From NCBI GenBank assembly GCA_963575745.1, contig CAUYUJ010000002.1, positions 372,001 to 436,000 of the forward strand: a stretch of 64,000 bases of DNA, in the 5' to 3' direction. Positions 18,422 to 29,100 of the stretch are shown here, piece after piece (position 1 is the stretch's first letter; each line of letters starts with the position of its first letter). This DNA is from Prorocentrum cordatum (lineage: Eukaryota). Made by a program: the position numbers and the translations under genes. The notes below the pieces were generated by a model. The model ran no database searches and had not been told where the DNA came from. It saw only the letters and a program-made list of their open reading frames with translations.

Positions 18422-18491
<70 letters not shown>
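18422..18491. repeat. (GA)n microsatellite at the 3' end of LINE copy A
   Basis: Pure dinucleotide run. Confidence 0.97.
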
Positions 18492-18493
<2 letters not shown>

Positions 18494-18859
18494 GGACAGG
18501 TAGGCGGACCAGGGTCCGTCCGCGAGGCGCACTGCGGTGCGACAACTCGCATGCACTATTTGCGGCGGTGCAGCCTTTAGATACGAGGGCGGGCAACAAA
18601 AAAAACCCTCCCCCGGCGCAGTGCGACAGACGCTACAGACGGCGGACAGACGATGAAGATCTCACCTGACAGACCGCGTGAGGAAAAAGGCCCCAACAAG
18701 AAAGGCGACGTGCTGGCACGTGGCTAGGCGGCTTGGCGGACCGCCTGTTGGGCGCTTGGCCGCTAAGCGGCGCGCAGTGACGGGGCACCCCCCGCCCCCA
18801 CGCCCTGACACCGTGGACGCGGAGCCACACGTACACACGGGCAGGCAGAAAGGAGGAGA

Positions 18860-21800
18860 TTAGCGCGGGGCACCGGGTGGAGCGCCGCGGAACGATGACA
18901 ACATAGCTTGGATGTTGAGTGACGGCACGGCACCATCGGGCGAGGCCGTGAGCAGCTCGGCGAAGGCTCGCCCAGCACTGTGGAGGCGCTGGAGTAGAGG
19001 GCCTTGACGAGCTTGGGCGGCGGCGAGGTCCGCGGCGAGAGCTAAGCACCTCTGCTGGAGGGCAGCCATAGCCTGTGACAGCTCGGTTTCGCGGTCGGTG
19101 AGGGGTGGCTGCTCAGTACCAGCAGCCGAGGGCCTCGAGACAGAGGCGGGGTCCTCGGTACGCCTGTCCAAATGGTGGACTAGCGTAGTGTGGGACCCTG
19201 TACGCTGACGTCCGTCACCCTTGGAGGGTGATTGGAGGGGCCGGCGCGACCCCAGGGCTGGAGCCGCTAGGGCCGCGCCCCGAGAGGTCAGGGGAGCCGC
19301 TTCCTCTCGCTCAGCAACGAAGGAAGCGTGGGTGGGGCACGAGGGCCTGTCTGGTTTAGTACCCTGCGGGGGGGCTGAAGCCGCCCCCGCGGGCTGCTGG
19401 CGGTGGGGAGGTGGAGTGGTTTGCGCGGTGGGACCAGTCGTGATGCCGTGCAAGGCCGCTGAGGTCGGTCGCGTAGCAGGTTGGCGTCTCGGTGGGGCGG
19501 CATGGTCGGCAGCGTGTGGTATCGGCGGTGCGTCCTCAATGCCACTCAGTCCTCGGGGGTCGCCCAGGTCATGGTTGGCGTCTTGGCGGTGGCCGATATC
19601 ATGGTATGTGGGCGTTAACGCTCTTGGGGACGAAGTCGCAGTAGGGGTCGAGAGGTTTCCCGACGGGGCGGGGTTTTCGCTGGCTGGTCCGTCGTCCAAA
19701 GCGTCCGATCCCCCACCGAAGCTGAACAGGTCATCGTCCTGCTCATCAGCGTCTTGAAAAGGAACGGCGTTGTCATGTGGGTGCGCTGCCGCACTCAATG
19801 GCGGAGTCGGGGGCGCCGTGCGGGTACCCGACGGGGCAGGGTTGGCGCTGGCTGGCCCGTCGCCCAGGAAGTCCAGGCCTCCACCAAAGCCGAACGGGTC
19901 GTCCTCCTGTTCGTCGAATAACACCCGTTGGGCCTCGGCCCAGAGCTCGTCGGGGTCTTGTGGGATGTCTGGTCCAGCCGCGGGTGGTGCCTGGTCAGAC
20001 AGCAGGGGATTTGGTTCCATTTTGTTTAGTTCCGCAGCTGTGAACCCAGCTCTGCGGTGTGGGAGGGGGAGTGTACGATGTCTACGCTCGTAGATGGCGA
20101 CAGCGACTCCATGAAGCACGGTCGCTTGGCGATGTCGTGATTTGGCAGCTTCGACGATGTCGTCTGGAAGGTTATGAGTACGTGCCGCCGCTGTGGCGAG
20201 GGCGTCAGCCTGACGATTGAACTCCTCCGCGATGGGCCCGATGAGCCCGAGGTCGATGCCCGTGTCGCCCTGGTGGCTAGCGACTTTCTCGACGCGGAAC
20301 ATGTTTGGCTTGGCCATGACACATCGGTGGACCTTTTCCCAGAGCTCCACGTGCGTGCCCTGCGGTGGTGAGTGTCCGTCGATGATCCTTTGGAAACCGT
20401 CAACCACCGCCTGGTTGTCCACGAAGACGTGTACGGGCCGTTCGGCACATGCCGTGAGGTGGACAATGGCGAGGGTCTCCGCAAGCTGTGCGTTCTGTGT
20501 GATGCCGTGAACGCGCGCACTGTAGTTCATGCGGTGGTCGATGCCGTAGTAGACGCCGTAGCCCGCTCTTGCAAGCAATGGGATGGCTTGGTTGGTGCAT
20601 GCACCGTCCGTGGCAGCGTAGACCCATGTCCAACCAGTGTCATGGTCAAGGTAGGTGGTGTAGGAGTCCTGGGCTGAAGCCGCAGGATCTCCCTCAGGTG
20701 GGGGCCGCGGTATGGGCTGAGGTAGCGGGTCCCTCGCGAGGTCGGCCTGCAGGTCGAGGAGGGCTGGGTCTTCATCGAAGAGCCCGCAGTGTCTTGTGTG
20801 CGGTGGAAGACGGGCCCACTGCTCGTCACTGATGAGGGTGGTAAGAGGGACTCTTTCTCGGGCCCAGCACTTGCAGTCGCGAACAGTGTGCTCCTGAGTT
20901 TCCTCTTCCTCGTCGCAGTAACGGCAGATGGGGCTGGGGTCAGCGGACGTGTTTGATCGAGATCGTCGCTGTTGGGTGTGGTCCCCGCCCGACAGGTAGT
21001 TGAGGAGGAGCGCCAGCTGCCATGCGTTGCATTTGGCTGCTCCTTTCGTGCGGGCGAGCCACGTGCTGGCGAAAAGGTCGAGGCCCTGTCTGACCGAAGC
21101 CAGGTGTCCAAGGTCATGCGCCGTGGCTTGATTTTTCTCAGAAAGGCTCTGCGTTGTGAGGCGCGCAGCATGTGAAGGAAGGCGTTTTGGGGAAGGTTCA
21201 GCCAACTGATCTGACAGCCCCAGTCGTCGTACATGATGCCAAATGTGGGCCAGGTCCAACGGAGCTGCTGAAGCGTCTGGACAAGTCGTCCAACAGGTCC
21301 TCCCCCGAAAAGGGTCTGGACATGGTGTTGGAGATCCCTGACAAGACCGCAGAGAGTGGCGTCGCGGTTGACCTGTCGCCGCAGGCACAGGAAGACTTCA
21401 CGCTGCATAATGGCGTCAATCTCCAGGGCGTGTCCTGGGACGCACACGGCCATGAGAGTCCAAAACTCGACCCACCTGTTTCCCTTGGGGCGGATAGCCG
21501 CCTTAAGGGCATGGTTGTAGGCAGTTTTGACGGGGCCTGATGGGGCTTGAATGTCAGTGCCCGTGGTACAGACGCTGGCAGCAAGGGAGCGGGCGTGCCG
21601 CGCCTTAATAAGCATCGGTGATGGGAGCTTGCCAATGCGCGGCAGGCGACTAGTCGCCCTGCGAACACGGGCGTCAGCGGTGGCCGTGAGGTTAAGCGCG
21701 GCTGGAGCCGGCGCTGCCTCGGCGTTGATGTAACTTCCGACGAGCTTAAAGGAGTCGACCACGCGTAAGGGCCGTTCCGCCAAAGTGAGCTGGGTAACGG

Positions 21801-24800
21801 CGGTGTGAAGCTCGTCAGTGAGCGCCCACCCCGCCACTTTTCCAGGATGAATGCGTTGACCAGAAAATCGATCAAACTTGGCGGTTTCATCAAGAGATTT
21901 CTGCAACTCGGGCGCGGTGTGGGTAGTGGAGTTGCTGTCGTCAACAAAGGTAGTGCTGAGTGATCGCGGAACGTATCGATGCTGTCTCTTGGTCCAACAC
22001 ACATGAGCAGCTTAATGTCGTCCAGGGACCAAGAGCTTCCCTGGAGGTGACCGTTTGTCCTGGCCAGTTCCTTAGAGTACGCACCGTTCATGCGGATGTA
22101 GCGTTTGTGGCGCCTGTAGAAGTTTCTGCGGACAGTAACGATGTCTTGGGGACACCCCGCGTGAAGCGCAAGGTTAAGGCATATGTCCGTGATGAGATAG
22201 TCGAAACACTTCTGTCGGTCCAGGGCAGCTCCAGCTAAGGGAAGGAGTAAGGCCCTGGCGTGTTCGATGCGCAGGGCAAGAGAAGTGCTGACGTCCCCAA
22301 TGGTAGCTTTGGGGACAGCGCCAAAACTCGTGGCGTGGGTCCATCCTTTCCGCCAGTCCGTGAGGCTGCGGTAAGCTGGCGCTTCCCACGCATACATCCA
22401 AACGGAAAGCACCGAGAGAAGTCGTTGGTCCGTTGGGAGTTCGCCTCGGCCTTTTCGGAGGCACGGGTTTGGCACGTGGAGGAGGGGTTCTGGGATGGTG
22501 CCAGTGCGTTGCATAGCTCGTAGGACGCTGGCGAAGAGGCGAAGAATGTCGTCGGGAAGCTCCTTTGCCTCCTTAGTAGTCCAGCCGTCCAGTCCCCCCG
22601 CGCGGCGCGGTGAACGGGTGCGAATGAAGTGGATGAGTTGGTCGTCGGTGAGGTGGAAAGGGGTAGCTGGTGATGGCGTAGGCAGCTCCTGTCGGTACTC
22701 GTCGTAGAAGTCGGCCCACGTCGGCATGGCTTCGGCGTCATGTCCCGCACGTGCACGGTACCTGCCCAAGATGGGCTCCCAGGTGTCGACCATGAGCTTC
22801 AGCATGTCCTTGGTGTTAGCAACAATGGCGTTGGCAGGGAGGATGTCGGGGACTTGCGCAGGTGGTGGTTCACGAGTGTGGTCTTCGTCGCTGTCCGTGA
22901 CGGGCGAACTACCGTCGCTGGGGCTGAAGCCGCCAGCTTCGGTGTCGGCGTCACTGTCGTCCGTGCAAGCTTCGTCAGGTTTAAAGGCGTTGGTGTCGCA
23001 GTGGAGTTGCGTATCGTCAGGAGTGGTAGGCGTGCGGAGATACGCCGTGGGCGAGCTGTCAGCAGCCCGTGCGTATATGGCCGCCTTTCGCCCGCTTGGC
23101 TCACGGACGCCCTCAGCCCATATCCTGATGCGTTCAGCTTTGGCACGGTTCGCGCGTCGCGCCAGCTCCAAGTCGAGGTGTTGGATCAAAAGGTCAAGGT
23201 GCTCTCCGTGCGGCACTGGCTCGTCGGGGGACCAGGCCTCGGGGAAGTCTAGGAGAACCGTGGGGCGCAGTTTGTGGCATAAGAGGCGGGCCGCGGCCCA
23301 CGTGCAGTCGATGCGCTGCGCGAGGTACGGCGGGATGGCACGGCAATCCAAGTGATGGTGCTGTCCGATGAAACGGAGCTCGCAGAGTTGCCGATGGAGC
23401 TTGCGCAGTCGGTTCATGTGTATCGTGGAAGCTCCGTAGGTGGGGAAGGCGCGGGGGACAACTGGTCGATCTTCGAACGTGGGCGTGAGCCCGTGCATGG
23501 TGGGGGGCTTCTTTTTTGGGTGGTCGGGCGGTGGAGGTGGCAGGTCGCGCAGACGGGTGAGATGGTACTCATGACTGGCCTCGTTAGCCAGGGCGAACAT
23601 GCGCTCCACGTCGTCTCGTGTGTCGGCCTGCTCCATGCGGTCCTGATATCGCTCAGCGATGAGGGTCCCTAGTGCCTGCAGCTCGTGCCCCTCATGAGCT
23701 CCATCGTCGGGCGGATAGGGCGTGGGGGCAAGAAGACGTCGGGCCGTATGGTCGAGGCGACTGAGGTCAAGAGTGACCTGCAGGCCAACGTGAGACTTCG
23801 CAGGCAAGTCGCGAAGGTAGCAGAAGTCGGTGACAAGGGATCGCGCCGCTTGGTTGGCAATGATATAGTCGATGCGCGAAGTGCGGGGGCACTTGGTGAC
23901 GCGGTCCCAGTCAGGGATATTGCCGTAAGTGTGCATGGTGTGGTCTGGTGTGCCCTCAGCAACGTTGAACCATCCGTGCTGCAACATGTGCAGAAGGTGT
24001 GGATTGTCGTCAATGTTCGTATTGGCGTCCATGCAAATGAAGTAAGGGGCTGAGCCGACCCTAGCGGCGGCGCAGTCAGCGAGCCGAAAAAGAGCTGTGC
24101 TGTCTCCTCCAGCAATCCCGTAGAGGCTCGCTATGTAGATCCCCGCGGGCCCGTGGTTGTTTCGTCGCCGCCTGCGGCGGTGTTGAGTGCAGAGCGGGAG
24201 AAAGACCTCGTGCCATCTTTTCTTGGCCTTGAGGGCGGCGATACAGGGCGCATTGTCGTCGACAGTGGAGTCGACAATGGCATCCTTAGAGAGGATGGCG
24301 ACCCCTCCCGAGGCGCCAGTGCTGCCCACAACGGTGTGGTCTGTGCCGCCGTGGGCAGCTCTGCGCTGGGCTCGCGCCAGATCAAGGTCAGGTCCAAGAC
24401 TGGCGTGGTATCCTCCGTGGAGTGGATTGGCGGCGCTGGTAGCGATGGCTTGCCTAGTCGGCTTGGCATGTCGGGTCTCCTGCAGTGCTATGACTGCGGC
24501 GTTGTGGTCGACACCAAGGGCGGTGATGGTTGGCCAATTCGCTGAGAGACTGGTGATGTTAAGGCTGACGAGGTGTATGGAGCGACCTGGCCCGTCTCCA
24601 TCGGTGGAGCTGGGGTTTGCACGCCCCGCACGGTGAAGGTCAGCTTGACCCTCGCCCAGGTAGGAGGCTTGGCCACAGTAGGAGTTCGTGGCGTTCCTAT
24701 GGATTAGCTTGACCGGGGCTGAAGCCGCCGTCAGGCTAGAAATATAGGCGGGACACGGTCGGCACTGCGCTAGGGGGGGTTCATAAATGTCAGTAAAAAT

Positions 24801-26054
24801 GTTACGAAAATTCCTCCTCACTCCAGTACCGTAGGGGACGAGGGGAGGAGAAGTGAGACGGCAGCAGAGGGAGGGGGAGGCGACTCCTCGATCCGTCCTG
24901 CCGAGCACAAAAACAAAAGCGAAACAGCGGCGGCGGCTAGGCGCGGCGGCGGCACAACGCACGCGCATGTACTGCGCACGCGACACCGCTGGTCCCTCCT
25001 GCGGTGGCGCGCCCGCCCCGTCAGTATCTTGATGAGCAGCATCTGGTGGAACAGCTCCAGCAGCACGGTCGGAGGCCTGGCGCTGGGCCTCGTCCATGCC
25101 CGCTGCCGTGAGGCCCACGTTGCGGACAGGGCTGATTCCCCGCGGGGCCGCCGCCGCCGCAGCAGCCGAGGTGGCGGGGGCTCCGCCCCGACTCTGAGGT
25201 GAGAGCGGTGAGCCCCCGCCGAAACCCGCCACAAGGTTCTTGACGCGGTACGTGTTCTTGAACGGGTCGAAGGTTGGCGCCTCGTCGATGGGGACGATCA
25301 CGCGGGTGGGCAGCGGCGGCTCGTGGTCCGTGGACGGTGTCGGCGAGAGGTCGACCTGGCCAGGATCGATGACGCTGGCTCCGAAACGTGGCACCACTTC
25401 GGGGGCTCGGCCATCGGCCTGAGTCTCGCGAGGCGGCGAGCTCGTGGAGCTCCCTGGGGCCTTGCGTGAACTGTGGCGGCTGCAGGTCCTGCTGCGCGGG
25501 ACGCGCCCGCCCGTGTGGCGGTCGCGTGGCGAGGTCGCCTGGGCATTAGCGCGCTCGGAATCCGCCCTGCTCGGGGATCGGATCGGCGCCGCGCAGGGTG
25601 ATGGGCTGGGCTGGCGAGAGGCGCTCGTGCCGCCTTCCGCCGTGGCTGTGGCCTGGTCGGGGTCGACCGCGTCGGGGCGGGGGCTGACGTGATGGGCGCT
25701 TCCCTCGCTGTGCCGCGGGGAGGCGCTGTGATGCGCCTGGATGTGCGTGAGGACGAGCGGGGTAAGCGGCTGCCTCTCCCGCTCAGGTGGGGCAGGTTTT
25801 GCCTGGGCAGGGCGCAGTGCTGCAGCTACGTTTGGCGGGGGCGTGTGCTGGCGAGGTTGCCAAGCGCGCACGTTCGCATCACGCCATCCTTCGGGGCGCC
25901 CAGCCCTGCCACGGTTTGTTGCAGCCCCCTGGGCTGAAGCCGCAGGGGTTATCACTGCGGGCTGGTTGCTGGAGGGGCCATCATGTCGGCCTGAGTAAAG
26001 GCCCCAGGCGCGCGTGGACCCTGGCACTGGCGAGGTGGCCCTTAGGGCCTGCAC
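18860..26054 (-). CDS. LINE pol (ORF3): APE endonuclease - RT - Zn finger - RNase H; two 1-nt frameshifts (about 22000 and 21120)
   Basis: APE: SLNITSL, ALQET, CMDAN, RIDY, SHVGL. RT: GGLDGW, LDRQKCFD, LQGSSWS, FVDD. Zn finger: CRYC...HTVRDC. RNase H: TDGAC, QLAE, VDN, NRQAD. Joins track ORFs 21198..26054, 20527..22002 and 18860..21388; copy C is in frame at both breaks. Confidence 0.88.
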
Positions 26055-26152
26055 GGGTGCACGCGGGTAGCCGATGACCGCTGGGTGTACCCTGGCGTGG
26101 GGGGCGTGGCCGTAGCTGGAGGCGGCTGCTCCAGCAGCCGCGGGCCTGGCGC

Positions 26153-29100
26153 CTATGGGGCCACGGTAGTAGGCGGCAACCCCGTCGTAGGCCGTGTTGC
26201 CGCCTGTCGGGACTCGCGCGGGGGAGCGGAAGCGTGGCGTGCCGTGCTGTCCTGCGTCACGTGGTCCCGCTGCTGGATGCGCTGCTGGTGCTGTTGGTGA
26301 CGCTGCCAGTCGGCTCTCGAGAGGGGACGGGTGTCGGGAAGGATGGTGGGCACGTCGGGCCGCTGCCAGCCCCGATAAACGTGCTCGAAGGCGTGGTCAG
26401 GGTAGGTCCTCCCTACGGGTGAGTATCGCCGCACATGCTCCATGTAGTCGATGTTCTGCGGCTCTGCGATCGCCGTGATGTTGACGGCTCGCTGGTGCGC
26501 TGGTCCATAGAGGCAGAAACTACCACGGTTGCTGCGGTCGTGGTTTAGCTCGGCTTCGGTCGTGGCGCGGCTCACCATGGCGTCGCAGAGTCGCATGTCG
26601 TAGTCGAGGGCTTGAGGCCCAGGACCACCCTCGGCGTCCCAGTACAGTACCACATCTCGCCAACGGGTGCGGGTAATGTGGATGCGCTCGGCGATCAACT
26701 CGCAGACGGTCCTGACCGTGACACGATCCCTGTACATGTTAGTAATGGCTAGGGAGTAGGGTCGGCGGACCGTCTTGTTGAAGGTGAGTTCCTCCTTGAG
26801 GGCCTGGTGGGGACTGAAGAGCACGAAGCCTTCCCTCCAAAGCGGTTGGTCGGGGGAAGGTTCTTCGGGCATCCCCGTTCCTGTGAATCCAGGTGGCCGC
26901 CTTGTGCCGTCAGGCAGTCCCTGCCTGGGGACGCGCCGCGGCTGCGGTGGGAAGTACCATTGACCCTGGTAGCCTGCTTGCCCTGGTTGTGGAGGTTCCC
27001 CCCCGGGGCCTGAAGGCGCTCGGGGGGGTTCCTTGAGGTCGTGGAGGGCTGGCGCGTTGCCGAATTGGCGGGCAAGGATGTGCGGCGGCATCCCTGTGGC
27101 ACGGACGTCGAGCAGGTTGTGTGGCCTGGGGGGGTGGGGGCACCTGCTGGACAGGCAGCATGTGTCGGAGTCCCTGTTGTTGGTGCTGTATGCACACGTC
27201 CAACTGTTGCACGAGTAGTCCGTGGACCAGTCCATGAGTGTACGCAGTCCGCTGCGGCCGCAGTCTGGGCACGTTGGTTGGCCCGAGGTGCCGAGCTGCG
27301 TGTTGCGGCGAGCCGCACAGTACTGACAGCATTGGAATCGACACTGTAGGCAAGACCAGCGTCCTGGTAGAGGCGGGAGCGCATGCTCATTTGTGCCTGG
27401 GTCGTCTGGGTGGGGTCTCGGGCGGTCCCACAAGGGCCAGACGTCAGCAAACCAGGATTGGCCAGTAGTGCGGACAACCTCGGCGGGGAGGCGTGCGTCC
27501 TCGGCATGGCAACTGATCCACTGGGGCCCCATGTCCGCTGGAACCATGACGGTGCGCCAGGAGTCGTCCGCTTTGACGTGGACTTGGGTTGGTGCCCAGA
27601 GCTTAGTAGTGGTGTCGCCGTGGTCGTGGTGGAGGATGACCCAGCCGTCACGCCCGTCCACCGCAGGGTCAGTAACGCGGTGGCCCATGACTGTCGTCCC
27701 CCACGGTAAGTAGGCACCATCGTGGTGATCCCCAGGGTCGAGCCAGACCTCGATGCCAGGGGCATTGACACGGGACCGCACATCACGAACGTGGTAGGCG
27801 AGGACGTGGTAGGCAGTCGGCTCCTCCTCCGTCACAATGTGCTCCCACGTCTCGATGCCGCTGTTGTCTGAGGTGGAGTTCCCGTCACTCTGTCGTGACG
27901 AGCGAGAGGCAGATCGTCGTGGACGGGCACGGCCTCGGGCGAGGGCGGCGGCTGCGCTGATGAGGGAAGGCGTACGGCGTTCGTCGACTCCAGATGACGT
28001 CGATGAGCGGTCTGGACTGTACGCTAAGGCTGTGCCTGACTTGTACGTGCGAGGTGGGCCCGACGCGGCCCCAGGGCTGGAGCCGCTGGGGCGCGACCCG
28101 CGTGCGTCAGGGTGCCCCCGCACGGGGACAGCTTGCAAGCCAGTGTACACCAGGTCGATGAGTGGTTTCGGGTCCAGCTGGAGTATGTGAAGCGAGACGC
28201 GTGGGCGGGGCTGGTTAGGGTCATCCCTGGTGGCTGCTTCCGTGTCGTAGTGCTGTTTGGCCCATGCTCGCGCTGCCTCTGGCGCGTATAGCGCCTGCGG
28301 CGGTGGCCATGCTGCCGCGATGGCTGGTCTGCGCCTGGTGCTAGCTTCCTGGTCGTGAGCTTCAGCCGCCTCACGGAGATCTGGATGATCGTAGCCAGCG
28401 ATGTGGAGGGCGTGCGCGCAGTCGCCCATGCCATAGGCGTGTGGAAGGGCACGGCACCTGGAAGCAGCTTCTGTGGGGGCGCACCAGTCCATGCGGATGA
28501 GGAGGCTCAGGACCCGAGGGTAAATGAGGCGCGCTCCGTGGGCCTCCCCTTTCACGTAGTTGTGCCTGTTTTCCCCCCGCGGTGGTTGGGTGGCCTCGCA
28601 CATCCAGAGTGCGATGGGTCCCCACGCGAGGGTGTCATCTTCAAGACTGTAAGGCGGGTGGGGCGGCATTGCGTACCACGCGGCCAGCGAAGGGTGCACG
28701 CTCGCGTACGTGCGGCCAACGTTGGTGCCAGTTCGGCCCTTCGCTTCACGGCGGGGGCCTGGCAAGAGGTGCCCTCCACTGGCAGCAAGACGGGCCGCAA
28801 GGTCGCCGCGGGTCCCATGCCAGAAGACAGTGGGCGCGTCGGTGATGGGTTGGCGGAGGTCCCACGTGAGGTATGGGAAGATTGTCTCGCCCGAGTTCCC
28901 GCCCGAGTCTTCCAGCACCCAAGTGAGGCGGTTCGGTGGCCTCTGCATGATGTCCGTCCACGGCCCCAGCGCTTGGAGTGTTGGATCATGAGTGAATCGA
29001 GGATGGTCGTGGAGTCGTAGAGCGTCCTTGATGTCCTCTGTAGACACGCCACTGTTCCCTAGCGCAAAGCCGTTTTGATACAGGGCGTTAAGTATGCTCT

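Noticed and set aside
24590..24670. 2A-like ribosome-skipping motif before the APE domain (RAGRANPS...GDGP)
   Set aside because: It lacks the required E-x-N-P-G-P core.
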